Assembly (NCBI GenBank): GCA_965644315.1
Contig: CBFFRQ010000041.1
Location: 1 to 64,000, forward strand
Direction: 5' to 3'
Length of the DNA stretch: 64,000 bases
Source: Caecitellus pseudoparvulus
Lineage: Eukaryota > Protista > Bigyra: Bicosoecida
The translations under genes were made by a program, and so were the position numbers. The notes beneath the pieces are model-generated. The model made no database searches. It worked only from the letters and a program-made list of their open reading frames with translations, and had not been told where the DNA came from. Of this stretch, positions 8,101-18,200 are shown piece after piece (position 1 is the stretch's first letter; the number at the start of each line of letters is the position of its first letter).

Positions 8101-9687
8101 ATGCAAAGCTCGCTGGCACGCATGCACAACTATGCGAAGCTTGCTGTGTGCGGCGTCTTGCCAACACACATCCGGGCGACGAAACTCCGCAGCAACATCT
8201 TCATGAAGCTGCTGAAGAATGTCCAAGTGCCCACCCCCATGGCCAAGGCGCTGTCCATCAGCCTGCGCCAAGCCCTGGACCTGCTGCCCTCCCCCCTGGA
8301 CATGGCCGGCATCTTCTTGGCCAATGTCCGCCTCGACAGGCCAGGCGCCGGAGGCATCCCAGATCCGTGGGCCTTACACGGTCTACTCGACCTCTGGCTC
8401 CTTGGATGCCTCCCTGACCGCGCACGCCTGGAGGCTGTGTGCCTGGAGCCGCCGCCTGGCTCGGCACCAGACGCACACGGGGTCGACATCACCGCTGGGA
8501 TGGACCCCGCACCCCCCAAGATCCAGCTGCTTGGACTCGCGGCGGCGGAGTCCTCGGATCTGTCCGCGGCCCCCCAGTTCCCGGACACCACCCCCTGGGC
8601 CACTCGGCAACGCGTCGTTGCCTCCTTCCTCCATGTGGCCCAGACGGTCAGGTGCAGTGCAGTTGGCTACACTCCCACGGGGGAGATGAAGGCCACCAGG
8701 CGTCCGAAGGAGTACCACATCGGTGTGGGCGCTCGCTTCTTCGCCTGGCTGCACCCGATCCCTTCCTCTGTGAACCCAGTCTTCTGGGTCCACGAAGGTG
8801 ATCAGGAGAGACGTGTGAAGGTGCACCTGTGGCAGACGCTTCAAGTGTTCAACGGGGATGACACCCCTACACTGTTCAGCGCCTGCCCCTTGTGCCACAG
8901 CGTCTCGTGGTGCAGCCTGCAGGAGCACGTCCTTCTTGACTGCCCCCACCACGCTCTGGTCCCTGCGAGAAGGTCCGCCCTGTCCGAGGTGCGGACCTTC
9001 ATGTCCAGATCCAATGATGCAGTGAGGGGGGTTGCCAACTGCCAGTACCTTGAAGTACCCCCCTCACTGCTGGATGCCGTCGTCCATGCCGAAGAAGGCC
9101 GCTTGTTGGGCCGCCCGCGTCGCCTGCTGCTGCTGCGACTGCTGCTGTGCGGCCAGTGGCCCCACCGATGGGGCCAGCCCCCGGCACAGCAGCCTTGGAG
9201 TCCCGAGGCAGCCGCGGTCCTGAGTAACCCCCATGTCACTCTCCGCGGCTCCTCGGGTCCACTCCGCCCCCCCAAGTACTGGCGCGAGGCCCTGGTAGCC
9301 GCCACGGGCCTCGCTGTATCTGCGTGGGACGCGGTGGTGACTTGCATGCTCAGCCTTACCTCTCGTGCCGACCGTCACATCCAGAGGCACGCCCGGTACC
9401 TCTGGTGGGCGGCACATGGGCGAACTTGTCCTCTCCCAGGTTACTCGGCTCCTGATCCGAGTACTGTGAGGAAGCATGTGCGGGACGTGAAGACGCGGCG
9501 CTTCGAGCGCACTTACTTTCCTGTCAGGTCCCCTCGTCGGCCGCCTCGCTCCTTCACGAGGCAGGCCACCTTGCTCGACTTCGGGCTGGCACGGCCGGAA
9601 GTCCACGAGGAACCTCCGGCACCGTCGATGTCATCCTTGGCGTCGTCCTCTGGGTCGTCCTCGAAGTGCTCGTCAGACTCTGAGTAG
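5191..9687 (+). CDS. APE endonuclease-reverse transcriptase polyprotein (~1,498 codons, no AUG at the 5' end)
   Basis: APE motifs: SWNVAG, LCLTE, AAYVP, GDLN, LDHIL, SDHY. RT motifs: LFVDFKSAFDTV, GVPQGGALSPLLF, LYADD, YLGV. Zinc motif CPLC...HVLLDC. The frame opens right after TAA 5188-5190 and the ORF-track start at 5200 is GTG. Confidence 0.93.
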   Translation, partial: PNLVSWNVAGSCGRNLHKVLICAQSVCLRSSRLVLCLTEPGGHGTLDSEVTGLQCFRPSPPDRPPGRSEVALLVDRRLRATQIVNLGLDGRCVVACSIPMKPRPLAVIAAYVPNWHTAQRKKPLADPDTKLPHRQEVWEQLANAVKSLRTTHMISLMGDLNCHPGDGGLPAWDAACWQNRTDVADPIPDVKELAIVCEHGNLEPAGLAGCSTHATNGRALDHILVCPLLKAQVKVPHTVTTTFSSAGKQNPEKSILSDHYLLSATVQVMIPPRPKGARHAHSSFSVPPWWASSTREGRRAQTMHRRLLDSAITASPSPQPGQAADALLSGLDDMVAGAARQAHAKCKVVAPPLLQALADIRTLSSVKKRMTVRTGRIKKQLRKLHRRRHLLQHSQSPHAPAALRCEDERKHMLMEDLAATQVERKKAMRKCTRLVAKKHKAAMFQVQQRIRDFARLDPFTAHLHVRKLSGRRRKGTSSSIQSVMDDSGTLITDPSQVRAVVRDQMAQIISPPRRQVVSLKFGLGRLLPLAPTHMSTEAAWTPSVDHILKKIQSLSLHRNPGTGHYQAEHVKYASEDFRKRYAAALQQAISTGSCPSQYHSGVGTLIPKTASKAGRVQTYRLIVCRPPQAKLFFSVVASCVEDWVQHWISHEQAGFTHARNTHEQILALQEVSTAHLRAKPTASVLVLFVDFKSAFDTVSHEAILEILESANLPQPLLSCVKDYMQRATVAIHTGHGLCDPLPVTNGVPQGGALSPLLFKVAIDVLSQRLRELPSQGVSGAGVPTPRGHVTHTLYADDLACLATTPAALHRMFLEVKALGSRVGLAINPRKSGVMVLTGAQQVNGVSATERRKLIWRSRWLRSGQSMKVKGTPIQRTSTYSYLGVPLSETVSRTRLLATRQATLSCTRAGFGCGALLSSAWLSPILKQRIGTASINSAADYILASQVSNSVLPLRDVDRGLAIAFSKAQLGMQSSLARMHNYAKLAVCGVLPTHIRATKLRSNIFMKLLKNVQVPTPMAKALSISLRQALDLLPSPLDMAGIFLANVRLDRPGAGGIPDPWALHGLLDLWLLGCLPDRARLEAVCLEPPPGSAPDAHGVDITAGMDPAPPKIQLLGLAAAESSDLSAAPQFPDTTPWATRQRVVASFLHVAQTVRCSAVGYTPTGEMKATRRPKEYHIGVGARFFAWLHPIPSSVNPVFWVHEGDQERRVKVHLWQTLQVFNGDDTPTLFSACPLCHSVSWCSLQEHVLLDCPHHALVPARRSALSEVRTFMSRSNDAVRGVANCQYLEVPPSLLDAVVHAEEGRLLGRPRRLLLLRLLLCGQWPHRWGQPPAQQPWSPEAAAVLSNPHVTLRGSSGPLRPPKYWREALVAATGLAVSAWDAVVTCMLSLTSRADRHIQRHARYLWWAAHGRTCPLPGYSAPDPSTVRKHVRDVKTRRFERTYFPVRSPRRPPRSFTRQATLLDFGLARPEVHEEPPAPSMSSLASSSGSSSKCSSDSE

Positions 9688-10329
9688 CGGGCGATGTGTG
9701 CAGAGCGCGGCGCGAGGCGGTGCAAGCTTACGGCGTGGCGTGGTGACAACCACGGTCGTGGCTGAGCGAAGTGCGAGAGCAGGGTGATGTGATGTCCTTG
9801 ATGAATGACGGAACCTGCGGAAAGTTGGAAGATGATGAGGTGTATATGTCCAGTATACTTACATGATGGCTCGGGGTCCATGTGCAGCTCGAGATAGATT
9901 CCTGTGACGGAGCGCGCGGAATTTGGCAGGGTGAACACGCGGGCGCGCGGGGCAACGTCGCAGGCGGGGCGCACCGGTCCTCAGGGCCTTGATCGATGGA
10001 ATGACTGGATGATCTGTGAAGAAAGGGAGGTGTTCTTGGTGTTCTTGGTGCGCGGGTGGCGTTGTTCCGGCGGTGCGCGCTGCTACCACCGGCGTGGTGC
10101 AGTGCAGCACCGTCGTGAAACGCCACCCGAAGGCGGCCACTGCGGCTCAGGACAGCGCGCAGTGGCCCCAGGCACACGTGCAGTGCCTGGCAAGGGCCAG
10201 GAGAAGCGGGGGGTTTCTGAATTATGAAGCGAAGTGTGGACTGGGACGAAGCAGGAGTGGACCCGGCCCCCTCTGGCTCAGCCGACTGAGCCGAGAGGGC
10301 GCGGGCGGGGCAGTTCGACACGTATGGGC

Positions 10330-10532
10330 GGGCGCGGGCGCGCCCTAGCAAGCGGCGGCTCATACAACGGACGTATGTCCGTGATGGCTGCAGACCCACG
10401 AGAGTGGGAGCCGCTGTAGCGCTCCTGGTGTGCCTTGTGCACAGCAGCGAGCGCTACATGTGATGCCCAAGCTGTATCGCGTGCAAGCGTGAAGGCGACA
10501 TGCAATGCATTAAATGAGCTAACCCCTAACCT
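10330..10532 (+). ncRNA. Structured 3'-terminal RNA module, copy 2 (element B) ending CTAACCCCTAACCT
   Basis: Stems: GGGCGC/GCGCCC+TAGCA, GGCGGCT/AGCCGCT, ACGGAC-GTAT-GTCCGT, CCCAC-GAGA-GTGGG, TGTAGCGCTC/GAGCGCTACA, TCGCGT-GCAA-GCGTGA. Then AATGCATT and the telomere-like tract. Confidence 0.8.
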
Positions 10533-10880
10533 GGGCAGGCACCGAGTTGGTGCTGACACCGACCGACACAGAGGAGAGCCACGCAATGAGGCCATCCAAC
10601 GCGCTTTCAGGCGGCAAGCGGGTACTCAGCAGCACTGCGTACATCTGGGCCCAGCCGGCCATGACACGGAAGACTCCAATGAGCAGTCCCCTGCTCTGAC
10701 CCTCCTTGCTTTCCCGATCACTCGTGCGCAGGGCCAAGTACACGAGGAGCCCCGTGAACAAAACCCAGGAGCCGATGCTCTGCAGAAAGCCACAACTATC
10801 ATCGGGGCACTTCACGCAAAGCAGCTGTGGGCTGGACCTTGCCCAGCCTTCAGCAGAATCACCGCAGAAAGCCTCTTCTC
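10533..10880 (-). pseudogene. Truncated paralogous fragment of the Cys-rich/transmembrane region of the giant surface protein
   Basis: FCGDSAEGWARSSPQLLCVKCPD...GVFRVMAGWAQMYAVLLSTRLPPESALD...TNSVPAQ aligns by eye with MCAECESGWVRSSIGTLCQQCTD...GLIRIVSGWAQVAGVILSLRLPPRTFLD...MTFEPIQ of ORF 12215..26359. Homology stops at GTTAGGGGTTAG. Confidence 0.75.
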
Positions 10881-10957
10881 TCATGTGAACTGAAGCCAAC
10901 ATGCACAACCAAGCCAGAGTCAAGCCCAGAATCAGACAACGCACATGCCCACCCGTG

Positions 10958-11886
10958 TCACTTCAACAGAGAAGCTCGGTGGAGCGCAATGTAACGCCTA
11001 CCCTGCCGGCTGTGTGTTCCACTCCAAGCTGCGTCGCGCACTGCCTCAAACGCAACACTTCCAATTTCATGCAATGTTGCACCTTGTACAGCCCTTTCGC
11101 CCGTCAAGCCGGCAAGCTCCCGTGCGACGTCCACATGGCCTTTCGCACAAGCTGCCCGGAAGCCAGCCTCGGGCCCACCAACGTCCCTTGCGTGCACATC
11201 CACTGTCCGGGACCCAGAAAGCGACAAAGCTCTCGAACGACGACAGCTCGGCCCCAATTGCAGGCAAACCGAAAGGCGGCCTCGGGTCCACTCCTGTCCC
11301 CTGCATTAACTTGCACTTTTTGCGGTCCTGGGTGCTCCAGCAATGTGCGTAGGACGTCCACGTGGCCCTTCATGCAAGCCCACCTGAGTCCAGCGCCAGG
11401 TCCCAAACCGTCAGCAGCATGCACGTCCACCTCCCGGACACCACGCAGCTCAAGCAACACTTTGACTACGTCGGCATGTCCGTTCGCGCACGCTGCCCGG
11501 AACGCTGCTTCGAGACCAGCAGCATCTCTGGCGTGCACGTCTACCGCCTGATCCCCTTCCAAAGCAAGGAGAAGCCTCACAACGGCCAAGTGACCATTGC
11601 GGCAGGCGCGGCGAAAACCCGCCTCCGGCCCACCCTTATCTTTGGTGTGCACATCCACACTCTGGGGTCCATCCAGGTCGAGTAGCCCACGAAGCAGCTC
11701 AACGTGCCCTGTCTCGCACGCCACAAGGAATGCAGCGGTCGTGTGCAGTGTCGACAGCGCATCCGTCGATCCACCTCCACGCTGCTTGGCTCCAGAGAGC
11801 AGGCTAAAGAGTGTACTGCAATCATTTCCATTGCATGCAGCTTCCCACTGCGCTCTGAATAACGCCTCACTTGAGTTGAAAGCCAT
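10958..11886 (-). pseudogene. Ankyrin-repeat protein with a 1-nt frameshift near 11226-11228 (pseudogene or assembly error)
   Basis: Repeats VDVHA..GPEAxFRxACxxGHxxVVRxLL in ORF 11104..11961 continue in a second frame (10958..11257: LSLSGSRTVDVHARDVGGPEAGFRAACAKGH). Adding one T to the T-run restores a single frame. Confidence 0.7.
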
Positions 11887-12214
11887 GGCCAACGGAACCA
11901 ATTTCCGCTTTCGTTCTTGCGACCCAGGCACTGACACGCAAGAATTACTCGTGGTAAGCACAACCGATGCGGTTAAACCACACCCTTAAGTTTCCTCTTG
12001 AATTGAAATTGACGCGTATGCACCCTGTGGAGCACTGCGAAGCGTTCGGATCCATGAGGAAGCTGCTTGCGACAGTGGGGGCCACGAACCAACAGACTCA
12101 TACGTGGGAGGCGGAGCACAGCCTAAGGCACTCCGAGAAAAGCTCGCATTCGCTGCCAACGTATTGGTTTTCACTGGCGTTCTCGTTTGATTCCCGAGAA
12201 AACACAGTGCCACC

Positions 12215-15200
12215 TCAAACATCGTCGTCCCCGACACTCTCAAACAACGAGAGATTCGGATTTGCCGAGCTGCTAGGGGCTTGGACTGCAGCTTCGTCGC
12301 CTTGCGGCCTAAGGCTATCTTCGCGACTCCCGGAATCGCATTCAGATTCGTCAGAGAGGAATGAAGGCAAAGTAGCCGCGGGCTCAGGTGCGATGGGCCA
12401 CGCTGCGAGTGCGGGTTCGTCGACGGTCGAGTCAGAGTCTATCGAGTCCCAGCTATCAAAGGCGCTCAAAACCAAACCCCTTGAAGCCTCCTTCTCACGA
12501 ATGGCACCTGCCTCCTCAACTATGGCGGACCCCTGCGCGCTTGCTGGACGGGCATGAAGTGCCACAAGTCCCAGGCTGCCAGCTGTACTCCCGGCGGGAG
12601 ACGCCAGTGAATCTGGCAAGGCTGACCATGAAGGGGCAAGCGGGCCCTCCAAAACGTCAGAAGTTTGGCAAGCCTCAACTTCGTCGCTTGCTGCACGAGC
12701 AAGCCCCGGGGGAGGGGAGGAGGCAGCCATGCATGGGCTGCAGGCTCTGGGCATGGCTTCTTTCTGTGCTGATTCATAAACGTTCAATCTCGAATCTTGA
12801 GAGGTTTCGCCAGACGCGAATATTGGCTTCGAGTGGGTCGAACGTGGATGGGGTATGGGCGAGGGGGAGTCCTTGACAGTGTCAGTGGAGCTGTCGCGCG
12901 CAGCAGGCGCAGATTGCAAAACAGGCTGAACCATTTGCACAGCAAAGGGGCCGCAGCAGTTGGCAGCGCAGCAGTGAGCCTTGGATGAACTGAGAACAAA
13001 CTTTGAAAACAGCGCAGGGGGGAGACAGCCTCCCACAAAGCAGAGACCCGCACATCCTGGCCCAAGCCCGTACTCACATGGCCAGCAAAAAGCAAGGCAG
13101 CAACTCTCACGGACTGAGACTCTCCAAGCCCAAACATTCCACACATCGATAGTGGGGGTGCACCATGACTGTTCTCTTGTGTGACTGGCGTTTGAATGTC
13201 CCACCTTGCGGCTGCGCTGCCTCCCCCCAGCTGCCTCGCTGAGAGTCCTCATTGGTTGTTCAGCAGCCCATGTGGCGCCGGCCCGGTCAGTGCCAGGTGC
13301 TCCGTGCAAAGCAGAATGCTCAATCGCTTGTGCTCTTCTGGAGAATGTGTCTGCAGTGACCTCAGCGACCCCCTTTGCCCGCAGCATGGCCATGTCCAGC
13401 TTCTCCAGAGCATGAGGCCAGCGCGTGGACACCACCGCGGCCCAGAGCTTTGTTGCGATGTACGCAATGAGCAGAAGGAAGCACACGTGGGCGACTGTCA
13501 TGAGAATGGAAACGGCAAGATCAAGTCCCTCAACGCGGGAGTCAGCGCCAGACTGGGACGTGCTCAGGCCTGCGAGCACAGACAGAAGCAAGACACCCAA
13601 GGAGAGCGCTTCAGCGTGGTTCATGACCCTGAGCTGGAAAGGCTTACAGACAAGCTGAAGCATGAGGGAAGCGAACAACAGCAGCGCCATGACAGCGCTT
13701 TGAGTGAAGGGCTCCACCACAACAACGGCAGCCATGTTGATGAGCACCTTCCTGGTCAGCACCACGACCTCCCAGAACCAGAAGCCGTTTCCAGCGACCA
13801 CCGACCGGCACCCCATGCGTTTGGAGCGTGGCTGCGTCTGAAGACGCAAGGCTCGGACAGGTTCAACCCATTCAACATTCTTCCTTAAGAACCTTGGCTG
13901 GGAGGCTGGGCTGTCCCGGTCAGTTGATGTGGAAAATGACACATGCTTTGACTCACTTGGGCGCTTCGAAGCACTAGTGGGGGTGTCTGCCAACTTACTC
14001 TGTGCCAAGGACTTCTCCTTCCGCCATCCCTGTACAGCAGCACTTTCTTCTTCACTCTCTTCATTTCCTCGTGCCGCCAATTTATCGTTGGAGGGATCCC
14101 CCATCGCAAAGCCAGCGTACAGAAACCCAAACATGAGGAGATTCCGACTGGTTCCCAGATTGAAGCGGATGCTGAACAGCAACAACCATGCAGCAAGGGG
14201 GATCCCAAGACCCCAGACAAGTAGGCCTATCCAGGCGAGCGCCTGCATCACAGGAAACTCGGCATCCATGCTTCCATGGGATACAGCGTGAGTGAAAAGG
14301 CGGTGGCCAAAGACCGGCTCATCCAGCAAGTTCAGCATGCGCAAACAGGCCCGGGTGACGCTAAAGTGCACTAAAAGTAGCAGCACCAATGATGCTCGAG
14401 TGCTTCTTGCAAATGTGTTCCTCCAAATGCTGGTTTCCCGCGAGCGACCTGGATGCCCATCCTGTCGCATGGGGAGGGATGCACTGTGAGGCAAGTCGCT
14501 GGCTGCCGTTGTCTGAGAATCTGATGCATGGGACTCAGGACTCGAATCCGGTGCGACAACAACCGACAGGAGCTGGCGCGGCTGGCTTCCCTGAGAATGC
14601 GTGGAGGTTGTGGCTTGCTCATGCCAAACCTGGCGAATGGCCATCTGGATGGCTACCACAACCGCCCCGATTGCAAAGGGAGCAGCAATGCACAGAAACG
14701 GAAGGCACAACGTGACCACGAAGGTTTCATAAAAGCCCATCTGTGTTGTGCACTGGATAGGCTCGAAGGTCATGTCAGCACCGCCGCCTGTCGAACCCGC
14801 CACTCTCAAGAAAGAGTCAAGAAATGTCCTGGGGGGGAGTCTCAAGGAGAGAATCACACCAGCCACCTGTGCCCAGCCAGACACAATACGTATGAGGCCG
14901 TCCTTTGCACCACCCGACGCAGACTGCATCTTGGCCAGAGAGGGAGTGTTGGAGGCCTGGTACGCAACGAGGCAACCGAGCAGGCCAAGCACCAAACAGG
15001 TGAGAGTCAGATTCAGAGAGCCGTCGGTGCACTGCTGGCAAAGTGTGCCAATACTTGAACGCACCCATCCACTCTCGCATTCAGCACACATCACCCCACG
15101 GTGCCCTTCCACACACATCGTGGAGGTGCCATTCGAATCAGGGACACATGCAGCCGGGGGCAGGCAACCGTGCATGCGGCTGGTGGACAAGACCGGGGCC

Positions 15201-18200
15201 TTGAACCCATCTAACTCAGAAGCCATGCCTTGCAGCCGGCGTTTGGAGGTTCCAGGCAGAGCTTCTCCCGCAAGCCCAAGCTTGCGCAAGGCAGATTCTA
15301 CCGCAGCTGACCTCCCTCTCGCTAGGACTGGCGATGCGGAATCCTGACCTTCAAGAACGACACACTCTTCACACCAAAACCCTGGTTGGATCTGAAGAAC
15401 TCCCCTTGGACAGGTGACACCAACTGAAGGGCACGCTACACACAGGGTCCCAGTGGCGGTCGCATACTGTTCAGACGGGCACGTCGAGCACCTTGACAAA
15501 CCGTCCACACTTGTGGGGCGAATGGAGCCTGGGGGACAAGGCTCGCAGTGCTTGCCATCACTGAATGCAGCGGTACCACCGCCTTCTGTCACGGGCAGCA
15601 CAATGTCTTGATTCCCTGGAGCGCACACACACTTCACTCCGGAAGTATCGAGGACCTGCCGTGCCGGACAAGATGGGGAAGAGACGACAAAGGGAACCAT
15701 GCCGCCGACCCCTCCAGCAACCGGCTGGCCTCGAACAAACACCCCAAGTACAGCCGCACCAGCTCGCAGAGGGTGCAAGGTGAACTTTGAGACAGATGGC
15801 GTCAGGCCGGCTTGCGACACTCGAGCAAGGGCAGCTCCAGCCACATTGTGGGACAGCAGCTGTACACTGGTCTTTGCTGGAACACCTGGCAGGCCAAGCT
15901 GCCTGTCTCGCACTTGGATGACAATGCGAGCTGGATCGTCGCGGGCAGTTCCAGGGACGTGCACAGTAGCTCCAGCTAAGCTCCTGGCAGAAGCGCTCGT
16001 TCTTCTCGCTACAGCACTGCTTCCAACCCCTTGGTTTTGCATCGACTCTGAGAGGCTACTTCGTAGCAAGTGGTGAGACTCTGCGTCCATGAAACTCTGA
16101 TGGGAGCTACCATGGCCTGCCAGAACGCTCAAGTAAACTGGGATGGTGCGCATTGGCTCCGACTGAAACGTGCCAAGCGCTTCTGACCACACAGCAACTT
16201 GAACCTTGAGGAGCCCTACGTAGTCTCCAGGAGGGGAGCACAACTCGAAAGTGGAGCGCCCAGAGGAAATCAGAACACCAGGGGTCAAGTTAGGCATTGC
16301 AGAGCTGTTCAAGGGGCTCATATATGGGTAAAACACGTCACGGGTCCCAGGTGGCCTTGCTGCCATCCCAAAGGAGTCACCATGCAACTCGGGTACGGAG
16401 CACTGAAGGCTGTTGCGATCAGGAATCCTGTGCCGCACATCGAGTACCACTGCCGTGGCAGATGACGGCTCAAGCTCGAAAGATGCTTCGCCGAGCACGT
16501 GAAGCCAAGCAGAGGATGTGCCAGCGCTTGAAGCTTCGAACGGATACCTCACCCCTTTTGCAGCGGTGGCATTGCTAACGGGTGATTCATGCTGAGCAAC
16601 GGTCACCAAAGATCGGCCAGTTGCCAACAAACTGCTTAGCTGCAGTCGAAGGGATCCTCTGCGTCCGGCCTGAATGGAAGTTTCAGGGCGGAACGGGGTC
16701 ACGGCCACGGAGGACACTTGCAATAGAACTTCAACAAGCACCTCGACAGGCCCTCGCTGTCCGGAGGTCCGCACCACGATAAAATGCCGATGAAATCCAA
16801 GCCTCAGTGTGCCGCCAATGCGCACCTTCACGACCAAGGAGCTCTGCGGCAGCAACACACCTGATTGGCGCCCATATGCGTTGCCTTCCACCAGCTCTAG
16901 CCAGTCAGGAAAGTGCCCTCGAGAAGACTCTGCGACAAACTGCAGCATGCCACCGCCATCATTGGCGATTGTAAAGCTCTGCGTCTGCTCCTTCCCCGGG
17001 GCCAAGGTGGCAATGAGCAGCGGTGGAAATACAAGCGGAGAGGGGGATAGCACGGTGAGCCGCACGCTAATAGTCTGGGGAAGAATTGACTCTAGTGTTG
17101 GTCTCTCAGGGTCAGCATGGCCCTCAACGACAAATGCATCATCGAGCAGGCTTCGGTATGTAGGTTGCACGAGCAACGTTCGACGGTACGTCCCGGCCGA
17201 AAGGCCGGCCGCAGAGAGCCTCAACTGAATCACATCATCCGCTGTGGGTCTCCTGAGCATTGTAACATTCAGCCAATCTACTCCATCTCCGCTGCGACCA
17301 GGCGCCACCTCCCAGCCAATGCCACCAGAACTCAAGACTGCTACTTGTCGTTCCTTGAAGCTTTCAAGACCTGAATCAAGAACATACACCCATGACACGT
17401 CTCGCGGAAACACCTGAAGTGCTGGTGCCGCTGTGGGAGTTACGGATGGTGTCACAGTGGGGCTTGCACCCGGCGAGGAAGTGCTCTTTGGTGTTCTCGA
17501 CGGTGACGGGAGCCTCGAGGGAGTTGGCGAAACCGATACCCGCGTCAATGGAGCCTTCGATGGCGCCGAAGAGGGAAAAGCTTCACCACCCGTTGATCCA
17601 CTGGATGGAGCTACTGACAGGGGCAGCTCCACCTGCTGGCCACGCCCGCTCGAACCTGAGACATTGAACGCCAGCACGAAGTGTGGAACCTCAGACAGCA
17701 GTCGCTCGCCTGAATCAATGACCGGGAAGCCACGGAAGTTACTGCGGATCTCAACGACAAACGGAAAGAGGGCCCCTGCTGTAGCACCGACAGATGCTAT
17801 CCTTGCCCCAAACCACTCCTGAGGCACAGAACAAGGACTGTACAGCGTGCCGCTCTCAGTCAGGCAGACAGGCTGTGACACAGACACTGGAAGGCTTCCA
17901 CCTGCTGCGTCAGCAAGGGTTAGTGAAACAACGACAGAACTTTCGCTTCTTGCCGAGCCTGCAATTGAAACGAACCCCAACGTGTGGTCCAACCTAAGAC
18001 CACCCACACCAGACCGAACAAGGTTGACAGGGCGACCACCAAAATCATCGCCAAGGAACACAGACAAAGGCTCTGGAGGAACGTCAAGAGTGGGAGGATG
18101 CTCAGGACTCTGTGTTGCAGTTTGAGTTGGGGTAACAGAGGCAGTTGGGGAGACACTCGGGGTTGACGTGCTAGTTGAGGTCAACGTTGGAGTACTCGAC

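Larger units (their letters stand above)
5191..10532 (+). mobile_element. Non-LTR retrotransposon, element B (APE-RT-CCHC) with long structured 3' UTR and telomere-like 3' end
   Basis: Single uninterrupted ORF, then an ~845-nt 3' region ending CTAACCCCTAACCT at the junction with a truncated host gene. Confidence 0.9.

Noticed and set aside
5006-10532. True LTR retrotransposon, DIRS or Penelope element (direct repeats flank the ORF)
   Set aside because: No gag, protease, integrase, tyrosine recombinase or GIY-YIG domain, and no TG...CA ends. The RT and APE are LINE-type, and the repeats diverge in P4/P5.
10330-10532. Host telomerase RNA gene
   Set aside because: It occurs in multiple copies tied to retroelement ends, and the template-like tract is terminal rather than internal. 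Retained only as an analogy.
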